Notes: a model not told the origin generated them from the sequence alone. Counted from the first letter of the stretch, positions 46,876-58,239 are shown. The stretch is DNA of 64,000 nucleotides from an uncultured Methanosarcinaceae archaeon (GCA_963833425.1 CAWHXP010000013.1:64001-128000); one strand, 5' to 3'. Translations and numbers: made by a program.

Positions 46876-47730
46876 GGTTCCGTTGCAAAAACTTCACAAA
46901 AATATGTAAATCCATAAGTAATTAATAAAAATCAAAATATCCGAGGAAAATGTATCAATATTATAAAGCTATACCAAATAATTGATTAATGTATTTGACT
47001 TCATTAAAAACAGAGTAATTTAGATCGATTACTTGTCCTTTTTTAATCATATTTATAGCTTCAATTCCTTTTAAAGTCTTATTAGCAGATCGAAAAGACT
47101 GAAATCCTAACATTGGATTAACGATTCGCTTTATAGATCTGTGATCTTGTTCTATAATGTTATTCAAATACTTGATTTGTCGAATGCCTACGTTTTTAGG
47201 TAGTATTTTATCAATTTTTAGTTTATCTATAGCAGGTAGATAAGCTGGATTCTTATCAACGGTTATTAATCTTGGAATTTGATTATGATTAAAACTTAAA
47301 GCTTTCTTAAAGAATCTCTTCGCTGCTTTTCTATTTCGTTTTGAACTTAACATGAAATCAATTGTATCTCCATTTGAGTCAACTGCTCGATAAAAATATT
47401 TCCATTTACCTTTTACTTTGATATAGGTTTCATCAACTCTCCGCGAATCATTTGTTGGTCTTAAATGTCTTCTTATCTTCTTTTCTATTTCAGGGGAATA
47501 TTGATGTACCTATCTCATGATTTATTTATGGTCGACTTTTATTCTCCTTTCTGCCATCATTTCCTTTAAATTTCTATAACTTAATGCATATTTTAAGTAT
47601 CATCTTACATTCAATAGGATAATTTCCCCTTCACAATGCTTCCATTTAAAGGAATTAGATAGCATGTTACTATCTTTGGTTTTCTTTTTATTCTATTGTA
47701 TCAGTAGAAAGAATTTTTTGTAACGGAACC
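46876..47730 (-). mobile_element. IS6-family element copy 2 (transposase pseudogene 46961-47665)
   Basis: Same TIRs and 855-bp length as copy 1; in-frame TGA, TAA and TAG in the 5' third. Confidence 0.93.
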
Positions 47731-47947
47731 CTCAAGAATTCCAAATACGGTTTCATGGACTTGGGTGAGGAACTCTTGCTAGAAATCGCAATGATTATGT
47801 TGCATGTCAAAAATGGATGGTGAGAATTGGTACGGATATATGGTGGATAGGTCGGTAATGGCATAACGATATAGGAAGAATTAACCAAACTTATAAAAAA
47901 TATTTATATCTATATAACCTCTGGATTTCCATTCGACAACTGGATTT

Positions 47948-49054
47948 TTAGAAATCTGTAATCAGAGTCTGCCTCTCGTCTCTTTCCCTAAGTTTTGTAA
48001 CCCCCACACCAACAAGTCTGAACTTTTGACTTCCAATAAACTCCGAAAGGAGCTGAATCGCTGTCCTTTTAATCACGAAGATATCCGAAGTCCAGACTGG
48101 GATAGTCTTTGAGCGTGTATATGTAGAAAAGTCTTCATAACGAACTTTAAGGGTTACTGTTTTGAAAAGGAAACTATCTTTTAGGAGAACTCTATGAACG
48201 CTCTCAGCAAGCATTTTTAGAGAGCCAGCAATTTTTACAGGATCGTTTGTATCCTCCTCAAATGTTCCGCTCCTGCTTATTGACTTTACCGTTTCCTCAC
48301 ATCCCTTTACTTCACTGAAATCCAGACCATGCGCCACCTGTTTCATCCAGAGCCCCATTTTCCCGAACCTTTCAGAAAACCTCTGGATATCACAGCTTGC
48401 TAGCTCTTCAGCTTTGGTTATCCCCATCAATTTTAGGGATTCTGTTGTTTTTTCACCTATTCCAGGGATTTTTGAGACGTTTAGCGAAAAAAGAAAGTCT
48501 CTGACATATTCAGGTCGAATAACTGTAAGACCATCCGGTTTCTGAAATCCTGAAGCAATCTTTGCAATAAGCTTGTTCGGTCCGACTCCAACTGAACATG
48601 TAATTCTTTCCTGACGTTGAACTTCATCTTTGATCTTGATAGCACAAATTGCAGCCTCTTCAAAACTCCTTATCTCAGGTCCTGGCACTAGATAGGCTTC
48701 ATCAACACTCGCCTGCTGAAACTTCTCAGCAAACCCTTTCATGATCTCCATTACGTTTGCCGAAACCTGTGCATAGAGCTTCATGTTGACAGGCAAAAAG
48801 ACAGCTTCAGGACAGAGTTTATATGCCTGTGAAATTGGCATTGCCGAATGAATTCCGTATTTTCGTGCCTCGTAAGAACAGGTGCTTACAACTCCTCTGC
48901 CTGACCCCCCTTTAGGGTCAGAACCCACCACAACAGGCAGTCCTTTTATTTCTGGCATTTCCCTGACCTCCACGGACGCAAAAAAACTATCCATATCTAC
49001 ATGGAGAACTATCCTCCTTTCGGTATTGTTTGCTTTAGGATTGGGAGCATGCAT
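47948..49054 (-). CDS. dinB: DNA polymerase IV (Y family)
   Basis: HVDMDSFFASVE, CSYEARKYGIHSAMP, ASVDEAYL, KPDGL. Confidence 0.96.
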   Translation of the reverse strand: MHAPNPKANNTERRIVLHVDMDSFFASVEVREMPEIKGLPVVVGSDPKGGSGRGVVSTCSYEARKYGIHSAMPISQAYKLCPEAVFLPVNMKLYAQVSANVMEIMKGFAEKFQQASVDEAYLVPGPEIRSFEEAAICAIKIKDEVQRQERITCSVGVGPNKLIAKIASGFQKPDGLTVIRPEYVRDFLFSLNVSKIPGIGEKTTESLKLMGITKAEELASCDIQRFSERFGKMGLWMKQVAHGLDFSEVKGCEETVKSISRSGTFEEDTNDPVKIAGSLKMLAESVHRVLLKDSFLFKTVTLKVRYEDFSTYTRSKTIPVWTSDIFVIKRTAIQLLSEFIGSQKFRLVGVGVTKLRERDERQTLITDF

Positions 49055-49221
49055 CTTGAAATATTTGATTATAAAAGATCATAAGGTTAAAGGGAGTTAG
49101 GTGAAAGTATTCAGGGTTTATTTTTTTGGTTCTGTTAAGTCAACGAGGGAGAGTATTTTTCCAGCTACTGTCGGAACCATAAATCGCTATCCCTCGTAGA
49201 TTCGACAGTAATATAAAATTA

Positions 49222-49926
49222 TTAGAATAAGCTTCTTTGCCTGTTGGTTTTAAGTGGCTCAATAACTTCTAGATAATTGTTTCTTGAATTTCTTGCTTCA
49301 TCTCCAACTTCCCATTCTTCCATTTTGTCGTCAGGGAAGAGCTTCAATAAGGGGCGAAGCTGATCCGCTTCAACAATATCAGGATTCAACCATATGTCTT
49401 CATCCTCTTTTTCTAAAATAACAGGCATTCTATCATGATATTTGCCAACAGTCGTATTAGGTATTGTAGTAATGATTGTGTAGTTATGGATTTCTTTCAT
49501 GTTCTTTTTATCTTTCCAAACGTCATACAGCCCAGCAAAGGCAAAAATTGAATGGTCTTTCATCTGGAAATAGTGCCACTGGAAGGGATTTTTTAAAAAA
49601 TGAATCTTATCTGGTTCGTAAAACCCTGTCGCTGGGATAAAACAACGTTTATGAAGAAACGGTTGGCGGAATGTAGGCAATTTATCAACTGTTTAGGCTT
49701 TAGCATTTATCGCTTTGTATTTATAATGCTCATCTTCGGCAAAATGAGGAAGTAGTCCCCAAAACATCAACTCAATTTCTTTTTTCTCGTGATTGACGAT
49801 AACAGGATTTAATTGTCCTGGTCTGATGTTCCATCCCGGTTTAAAATTCTCTAAAGTATTTTCTATAAAAAACCTATCATACACATCTTTTATGTTTTTT
49901 ACTGAAAATCCATACGCTCCACACAT
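49222..49926 (-). pseudogene. SRAP (YedK/HMCES-like) abasic-site protein with one premature TAA
   Basis: ATG 49926 MCGAY..WNIRPG..MFWGL..INAKA*TVDKLPTFR..RCFIPATGFYE..HDRMPVIL. Both ORF pieces are in one frame; stop at 49693-49695. Confidence 0.9.
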
Positions 49927-50685
49927 GCAGTATATACCTCTTTCTTGTAAGATCAATTTAAAATCATCATGAATGAGGTTAATTGTAAAGAAATTCTTAA
50001 ATGTTGTGCTTTATCCTGAACTATTCCGCTTTGAATACTTTCACATAACTCGGAGTTTCCTTTTAACCTATAACTCAATAATTCATTTCGAGAATGATTG
50101 ACATGGATATATCAGAAAAATCATTAGAATGTGTGCTATTGCTCACGAAAATGTATTGAGAAACAAATTATTTTAACATTTAATTAAATTTGAATGAGAA
50201 ATGACGTTGGAAGCGGACGCATTGGTGTACTCTTGAATAATGGCGATGCACTAGTGAAACAAGACGGTTTATCTACAAGTTGGGTAACAGAACATACTGA
50301 TGCTATTGCCCTTGCTCTGATTTAAGTAGGAGCCTGTCTATAAGAGCCAGAGCCAATCTTTTGCTTACTTGAAAGAAAGCAGATGGAAGGTTATTAAAAA
50401 ATACGTGCAAATATGCTAAAAAGTATAGTATGCATATTTTTTAATATATATTCAGAAATATAGTAATTAATCATTCCCAATATTTTATAAGACTTTGGGA
50501 GTAATTATCTTATAATCTGATGTAAAAACAAACTTTGTTTTATATGCACTAACGTAATTATTGATCCATTTATCTGATTCTAAAAAATTATTTAAGGAAC
50601 TACTTGACGGTTGATATTTCTGTGATGTTCCTACCAACGGAACATGAGATATAAGGAATCTAGTGTTAATATACAGGTGATAGGC

Positions 50686-50976
50686 ATGAATATAGAAAAA
50701 AATCCCTTTCTAAGAAAATTAAGGTTCTTGCAAAAAATTACGATGGTTAAAGACTATAGATGTTCATCTTGCGCAGAGAGAGTGGAAAACCGCTTTTTAA
50801 GGAAATTAAGATTTTGGCAAAAAGTTACGATGGTTAAAGATTTTAGGTGTCCGGTTTGTGGAGAGAGAGTAGACAAAGGTGAATTCAGAAACGAAGTGTT
50901 CATGCGAGAATTCAAGAGTTCTGGGCTGTGTCAAGAATGTCAGGATACAGCTTTTGGATATAGGGTAGCATGGTAA
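50686..50976 (+). CDS. Small CxxC zinc-finger protein with internal 29-aa duplication
   Basis: AGGTGA RBS; NPFLRKLRFLQKITMVKDYRCSSCAERVE / NRFLRKLRFWQKVTMVKDFRCPVCGERVD, then GLCQECQD. Confidence 0.8.
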   Translation: MNIEKNPFLRKLRFLQKITMVKDYRCSSCAERVENRFLRKLRFWQKVTMVKDFRCPVCGERVDKGEFRNEVFMREFKSSGLCQECQDTAFGYRVAW

Positions 50977-51051
50977 CGAGTCCGTTTTGAGACTTAGGAA
51001 ATTAAGAGATTTTAGCACAAAAACCATGCGTTTTAGTTCTCTCTATAACTT

Positions 51052-51132
51052 ATGGAGCTTGTGGAACTCATAGAGCATTTGGAGCGCATGGAATTTTTGG
51101 AACTAATTAAACAACAACATAATCATAAATAG
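51052..51132 (+). other. 9-bp-periodic element / 26-codon ORF MELVELIEHLERMEFLELIKQQHNHK
   Basis: atggagctt gtggaactc atagagcat ttggagcgc atggaattt ttggaacta; homologous to 57651-57731. Confidence 0.5.
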
Positions 51133-51172
51133 AAGATTTCAAAATAGAGAATTTGAAATTAAATAAATATAG

Positions 51173-51748
51173 GGTTCCGTTGCAAAAAATCTGGCTATTT
51201 TACAAAACCAGTGAAAAACATCACAAATGGGATATTTATATGCCATATACAGGTCAATAATGATACAAAAAGCAATAGTTATAGCCTAAAAAGGCAGTAA
51301 AATTATTTTTGCAACGGAACCGGAAACATTACGAAGGAAAAATCATCCTATTTAAACGTAAGATGGTATCTTAAATATTCAGTAAGTTACCGAAATTTAG
51401 AAGAAATGATGGCAGAAAGAGGAATAACAGTTGATCACACTGCTCGGTTCCGTTGCAAAAATAAAATTCCTGCATTGTGAAGATATAATTTTCATCTCTA
51501 TGTGTCATTTTCTTTCTAATAAAAATGATTAATTTTTCTAATTGTGACGGTTTTTTCTGATTTTACAAGGGAGCCAGATTTTTTGCAACGGAACCCAATA
51601 ATTTAAATTACTCTGTTCTTAATGAAGTCAAATATATTAATCAATTTTTTGGTATAGTTTTATAATGTTGGTATATTTCCCTCGGATCTTTTGACTTTTT
51701 TATACTTATAGATTTACATGCTTATTCTGAAGTTTTTGCAACAGAACC
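51173..51748. mobile_element. Nested IS6 debris: MITE 51173-51321, transposase 5' fragment, MITE 51446-51595, IS6 3' end to 51748
   Basis: Five GGTTC(C/T)GTTGCAAAA-type termini; KHYEGKIIL..RWYLKYSVSYRNLEEMMAERG fragment; LNYSVLNEVKYINQ fragment. Confidence 0.88.
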
Positions 51749-51775
51749 GAATTTCGTTTCATTATTTTACACAAT

Positions 51776-54700
51776 TTAATTATACTTAACCATTATAGTT
51801 ATTGTAGAACTTTTATCAAATACTTTAATAAAGCTTATAACTACATTTTCATCATAGTACCAGGAATTCGCACTAAAATCTTTGAGGCTTTTGTTTCTTT
51901 CTGCGATGTTTCCGTTAGATATCAAAGGAATTTGTACGCCGTCAACTTTTACGCTATCAATAGGGCCCGTGTTGCCTTTCTTCTCTGTGGGTTCATGGAG
52001 AATACCTACAAAAAAGTAATCTTCATATTTTGGAGTATATTTGTCATGGACTCGTTTGATGGTTACTTGCCTCGTAACTGAATCCAGATATTTATGGCTA
52101 ACTTCGGTAGCCCTATACTCATCATTTGCCTTTTCATCACAGTTAATACCCTTTGCAGCAGAGGAACGGCTTACTCCATCATCAAGGTACATGATGTAGC
52201 TCCTTTTTGAATCGCCAGGGTATATATTGATTGTGATGGGATTTGGCTCTTTTTGGCTGTTAAGTTCTCCTACATATTGCTCTAGCTCTATTGTAGGGAT
52301 TATAGCCCCCGCTCTTACATAGAGAGGCATAATAAATGGCAAATGATTGCTGTCTTCACTTATATATGAATTATAGTTGATGGTAGTTCCTCCTTCAACA
52401 GGAGCAGCCAAAGATTGTTTGTTATCTGTGAAGCAATACCAGTTGCTTCCTGCAGGAAGATATACATTTCTCCAGACTTTGCTCTTATCTAGTATTGGGG
52501 CTACAAGAAAGTCGTTTCCTACAATAAATTGAGTGTTTAAAAATTCAAGCTTGTCATTAAACAAAGTATCATCATCATCAGTAAGGAACATAGCCCTACA
52601 TATTGGCATTCCGTTGAGAGTGTTTTCAAACATTCTATCATAAAATAATTGCATAAGCCTATATCGGAGTTCTATATAGTATTTGCATACAGGAAGCACT
52701 GCTCTGTACATATATTTGTAATCGTCCGGTATGTGGTCAACTACTGTCTGATACATATAAGGTTCTTGAAACAGTTTTTTCCCAGGTTTGCCAGAAGAGG
52801 GGTTCCTGAACCATGGAAGGAATGCGCCCATAACTGTCCAGCGTATTAATAACTCTGGATCTGCCCATTGCTCATCGTTTTCCTGCTCAAACCCACCGAT
52901 ATCCTGCCCAGCCAGCGCTTGTCCAGTTAATCCAAGTGCTAGGACCTACGAGATATTGATTTTTAGGAAATCCCAACTGGAACAATTGTCTCCGGTCCAC
53001 AACCCTGCAAACCTATGGGCACCAGTAAAGCAACCTCTACCAATTATGAAGTTGCGGGTGTTTTCTCTTCCTGGCAAGTAGTTCAACCCATAGTAAGTGG
53101 CCTTGTGAAGATTATACGCATAAAAGTTCCACATCTTGATAAAAGGAGTTTTAGGGTATTGTGAAGTTCCATCGCCATCCTGTTCAAACGTTCTTACAAA
53201 ATCGTTTGTAACCAAAAGCCTCGCAGGGAATGATTTCATATCCCTACGCCACTGAGCGATACATGGGGTTGTCATATCCTGCCAAATCATTTCCAATCCC
53301 ATGTTAAAAAGATATCTATATTGCTCTCCCCACCAGATTCTGACCTCTTTCCGCCCAAAATCCGGGTAATGTCCTGTTGTACCCCAATTATCCCCGTAAT
53401 TAATTTCTCCTATATAAGGAGCCCCACTGTTAAAATCCAACCCCTTGTAATCGAGTGAACATTCACTCCCTCCAACGTAACAATAATATTTTCTGGCATC
53501 AGCGCTTCCGGCGTCATAACGTTCATCAGTAACAAAATACCCTTTATTGACACCATCAAAGTAGGTATTATAAGTTGGATTTTTATCAGGATCTCCTGCA
53601 TCATATGGATTTTCATTGCTTATTATGGGAGTTATGTTTGTACTACACTTGATTCCTCTGTTTCTGAGATTTGAGAACATTCCCTTCGGATCAGGAAATT
53701 TTGAAGTGTCGATTGTAAATGTCTTATAATCCTTTTGCATGTCCACATCTATGTGGATACCATCCAAAGGTATCTTACAATCTCTGTATTTCTCTGCGCA
53801 GTTGTCCACCTTTTCTCTGTTGTCATATCCATAGCATCCCTGATGGTATCCAAGAGCATATCGTGGCTTTAACCTAGATTTGCCTACTATAGATGTAAAT
53901 GCATCTATTATTTCAGTACAATCCTTTCCAAGAAAGAAGTAGTAGTCCATTTCTCCGAACCTACTGCCGAACATATAGCGTGAAGAATTAAGATACCTTA
54001 TATCCATGCAAATTTCAGATGGATTGTCTATAAATATTCCATCTACGCTCTTTTTGCCGGGCACACCATAAAATTCCATGAAAAATGGATCAGAATGGTA
54101 TAAAGGCTCCCTTTCATCCAAAGGACCATTATTATATACTTGGGAGTACCGCATGTTGTCGAAATTAAAGTATGTAAGTTGTGCAGTATTTTCAGAAAGT
54201 TGTATACCTCCATGTTCTCCAAAACCGATGTACTTAGCTGTTCCGGGCTTGTTCATTGATTGTATTATGTTGTATTCGCCGTCAAAACCATTTTCAATGA
54301 AATATATACCAGGAACAGATGTTGACATGACTTGAAATTCCTCATCCCCATCAAATCCAAAAATTGTTATGAAAAATGGTACATAATTAATGACCATTTT
54401 CATATTAGATTTTTTGCTGGCGTCGACTGTAATAAGTTCTAAACTTCCTGTTTTTCTAGCTATATTCACGGTGAAATCGGCTATTTTTTCCCTTAAAATA
54501 TCAAACTCGTTCAAAATAAGCGAGCGAGTATTATACAGAGAATAACCTTCTGAATTTTCTTTTCCGGGATGAAACCTTATCCTAAATATATCTTCACGCA
54601 CAAACTGTATAAGCATGCTATGATTTTCACCGTTACTTTCGGTAAGCATTAAAGCCAAATCTTTGTTATCTTTATAGAGGCCCTGAATAGATGCATTTTC

Positions 54701-54787
54701 AATTGTATGCCAGTTTTTATAATCATCAAAAAAATTTTCCACTCTTATAAACTTGAAACAATTGCTTGAAGAAATCAAAATTTCCAC
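51776..54787 (-). CDS. GH31 enzyme, alpha-1,4-glucan lyase-like; single in-frame TAG at 52946-52948 (pseudogene or amber read-through)
   Basis: LKPRYALGYHQGCYGY, IPLDGIHIDVD, IWQDMTTP, LWTGDN, GQDIGGF, FLVAPIL. The 613-aa and 351-aa ORFs join in frame through TAG-VLALGLTGQALAGQDIGGF. Confidence 0.88.
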
Positions 54788-55530
54788 TCCTTTCTTTAAT
54801 TAATAAAATTCTAGATTTATTCCAAGTTCAGATATTTCTGCTAACATATTTTTGTAAAGGATAGTGTCCAAAATATAATGCAAATATTCATCCAAAGTAA
54901 GTTATACTACAGTCAAACTAATTATAATTAAATATCATGTAAAATAATTCTTCATTATATATCAATTTAAACAGATTGTTGAATGTATTAATGTTTGAAA
55001 GTGAGATTTTCCTTATCATTTCTCATTATTTTTTAGGCTTTTGATAAATAACAGTCGAATTAAAAATTAAATGTTTATCGCCTTTTTTATGCACAGTTTT
55101 TGTGATTAAACCTGAGCATCTTATTTTAGACAGACTATATTGAAAACTTTATAAAGTAAGGAAATAATTATTGCTTTGCACGGCAAACCAAAAAAACATT
55201 CTATAATAAATTAGATACGGTTGATATGTATATCGTAAAGAGTGTTTTCTTTCCAATTCAGTATGAATTTTTATTTCCATACTAGTTAATTTATTGAAAG
55301 GGCGGACACATAACCCATTATATTGCAAATGAACATTTGTTGGATATCCATTTACTAGAAATACTATTTTTGCTTCGAGCTTGCTCCCTTTAACGACATA
55401 TACATATTGATTACCTGTAAAAGCATCAAAGGTTGTTAGATCTTCATTCTATTGAAGTCCATCAATGGTACTATATTTGTCTTTAGATCCAAAATGTAAT
55501 CAATTTACTTTATAATGGAGACTAGATAAA

Positions 55531-55637
55531 ATGAGCAAAAAAATAATCAAGATTGAAATGGTAGCATTACTAATGCTAGTGATTTGTGGTTCAATGGTCA
55601 ATGCTTGGCCATGGGGTAATAACGACGACAACCAAAA
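55531..55637 (+). pseudogene. Secreted-protein 5' end truncated by IS6
   Basis: GGAG RBS, MSKKIIKIEMVALLMLVICGSMVNAWPWGNNDDNQ, then the IS6 TIR at 55638. Confidence 0.6.
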
Positions 55638-56502
55638 GGTTCCGTTGCAAAAAATCCTTTCTACTGATACAATAGAATAAAAAGAAAATCAAAGATAGTA
55701 ACATGCTATCTAATTCCTTTAAATGGAAGCATTATGAAGGGGAAATTATCCTATTAAATGTAAGATGGTACTTAAAATATGCATTAAATTATAGAAATTT
55801 AAAGGAACTGATGGCAGAAAGGGGAGTAAAAGTCGACCATACAACAATCATGAGATGGGTACATCAATATTCCCCTGAAATAGAAAAGAAGATAAGAAGA
55901 CATTTAAGACCAACAAATGATTCGCGGAGAGTTGATGAAACCTATATCAAAGTAAAAGGTAAATGGAAATATCTGTATCATGCGGTTGACTCAAATGGGG
56001 ATACAATTGATTTCATGTTAAGTTCAAAACGAAATAGAAAAGCAGCGAAGAGATTCTTTAAGAAAGCTTTAAGTTTTAATCATAATCAAATTCCAAGAGA
56101 AATAACAGTTGATAAAAATCCAGCTTATCCACCTGCTATAGACGAACTGAAAAATGATAAAATACTACCTAAAAAACGTAGGCATTCGACAAATCAAGTA
56201 TTTGAATAACATTATAGAATAAGATCATAGATCTGTAAAGAGAATCGTTAATCCAATGTTAGGATTTCAGTCTTTTCGATCTGCTAATAAGACTTTAAAA
56301 GGAATTGAAATCATAAATATTATGAGACAAGGACAGGTTGACACTTTAAATCAATGTGTCCTTGCTGAAGTCAATTTTATAAACAAGTTATTCGGAATAG
56401 CTACCTAAATCTAGATGTTACCTGAGAAATATTCTGCTTTTTATGTTCTTTGCTGTGAAACTAAATTTTTGCTTCAATATTATGATTTTATGCAACAGAA
56501 CC
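55638..56502 (+). mobile_element. IS6-family element copy 3 (mosaic 3' end; transposase pseudogene from 55703)
   Basis: TIRs GGTTCCGTTGCAAAA / TTTTATGCAACAGAACC; A6 frameshift at 56171-56176; TAA at 56220-56222. Confidence 0.93.
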
Positions 56503-56836
56503 AATTTTGTTAACTTAGACGTGAATTTGCATCATGTTGTCTTTTTTCCTTTTTGTCTTAATTTGGCTTCAGCCTTTTGCATACTTACTAGAATTTTTTT
56601 GATATGGAAGGCCTGTTAATATTTTTAATTTTTGTATAGATGTTTTTATTCTCTTTTAATTGCTGGAGAGATCTTCTCTAATTTGTCTTTACTAAATATA
56701 TACCTCAATATATATCGATTGGTTTCGTTTACGCTATATTTAATACATACTAATTATATATATCATTTAATGTGCATTTAGGATTTTGATAGAAATTTTC
56801 TTTTAAATTATAGTTACGACAGAAACAAGATATTGT

Positions 56837-57513
56837 ATGGAAAAGGAAAGGAGTTATGGTATGCAGAAAATTATAAAAAATAACATAAATAAGGCTAACC
56901 TTACAAGAATTAATCACAACGAGAGTAACTTTAAGAGATCTAATCTTATAGGGATTGATCTTAGAAAAGCTAACCTAAAAGAATCTTACTTTGAAGGAGT
57001 TAATCTTATGGGAGCTAAACTCGAAGGAGCTAACCTTGAGGGGGCAAACCTTAGAGGAGCTAACCTCAAATGGGTTAATCTTAAAGGAGCTAACCTTGTA
57101 GGAGCAAATCTTATAGAACTAATTTCTTTGGAGCTGACCTTCAAAAAGCTAATCTTGAAAAAGTTAATCTTGAAAAAGCTAATCTTGAAGGAACTATCCT
57201 TGTAGAAGCTAACCTTGAAAAAGCTAACCTTATGGGAGCTAATCTTCAATGGGTTTACCTTAAAGGAGTTAACCTTAAAGAAGTAGACCTTCAAGAAGCT
57301 AACCTCAAAGATGCTTACCTTAAAGATGCTTACCTTGAGAAGGCTAATCTTAAGAAGGCTAACCTTGAAGCTGCTTTCCTTGGAGAAGCTTACGGATTAT
57401 CACTTGAACAACTTTCTAAAGTGAAAACATTTTATGATACTAAATTAGACGAAAAACTTCTCATACCATTAAGAGAGAAGTATCCTGTCCTTTTTGAAGA
57501 AACTAACGGATGA
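56837..57513 (+). pseudogene. Pentapeptide-repeat (A[N/D]LxX) protein with a frameshift near 57130
   Basis: ANLEG/ANLKG repeats in two frames; C-terminal LSLEQLSKVKTFYDTKLDEKL..LREKYPVLFE. Confidence 0.88.
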
Positions 57514-57650
57514 GCGGATATTATCAAAATTTCCAACCTGACTTATTATATTTAGTTATCTTCTTATGATTAGTGCACATGGTTTATCTTAAAATTTTTG
57601 AATTTTCTAAGTTCCATTCAAAATGAGGAAACATTGCTGATCGATGACTC

Positions 57651-57731
57651 ATGGAGCTTATGGAGCATATTGAACGTTTGGATCTCATGGAACACTTAAA
57701 ACTAATTAAACAAACGTACAATTATAACTAG
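57651..57731 (+). other. 9-bp-periodic element / 26-codon ORF MELMEHIERLDLMEHLKLIKQTYNYN
   Basis: atggagctt atggagcat attgaacgt ttggatctc atggaacac ttaaaacta; same length and TAG stop as 51052-51132. Confidence 0.5.
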
Positions 57732-57759
57732 AAAAGCTGGCACAAATATTGCAAGACTT

Positions 57760-58239
57760 TTAAACAACAATAAAATCATGCGAGTCAATTTTAATTGCTT
57801 TTTCGTATAAGTTTACTGGTTTTGTCATATATTATTATTGGCTTTGTCAAGTGCTTTTAATGCTTCATCATATTTATTTAATTTAGTTAGAGCAATTCCT
57901 TTAATTGCTCGAAGCTACTGAATCATATGGGTTACTTTAAATTACTTTGTCATATGCTTCTAGTGCTTCATGGTATTTTTCCGAGCTTAGTAGATGTGCC
58001 GCTTTATGGAGCCAGGCATCTTCATTTTTTGGGTTAATTTCAATTGCTTTGTCATATGCTTCTAGTGCTTCATTGAACTTGGATGAGCTCAGTAGCTTGT
58101 CTCCTTTATGAACCCAAGCATTTGAAGATTGCTCCGAAACTGTGATAACCACTAGGATTAAAAATTCAAGCATAGTAATTCCTAAAGCCGTTATGATGAT
58201 ATGCCTTCGATTTGTTTTATCATATTTCACTATTTTCAT
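57760..58239 (-). pseudogene. Membrane-anchored TPR protein, truncated
   Basis: TM segment, then AWVHKG..EALEAYDKAIEINP repeats; TPR-like sequence continues past the TAA at 57937. Confidence 0.82.

Noticed and set aside
46961..47665. Active pyrrolysine-containing IS6 transposase in copy 2 (705 nt, no net frameshift)
   Set aside because: In-frame TGA and TAA occur upstream of the TAG.
50200..50325. Fragment RIGVLLNNGDALVKQDGLSTSWVTEH resembling a lectin/propeller repeat
   Set aside because: Single isolated unit with no start; the family cannot be assigned without a search.
56165..56180. Programmed frameshift at the A6 run in IS6 copies 3 and 4
   Set aside because: Copies 1 and 2 are in frame with A5, repair would need a +1 shift, and both copies carry other lesions.
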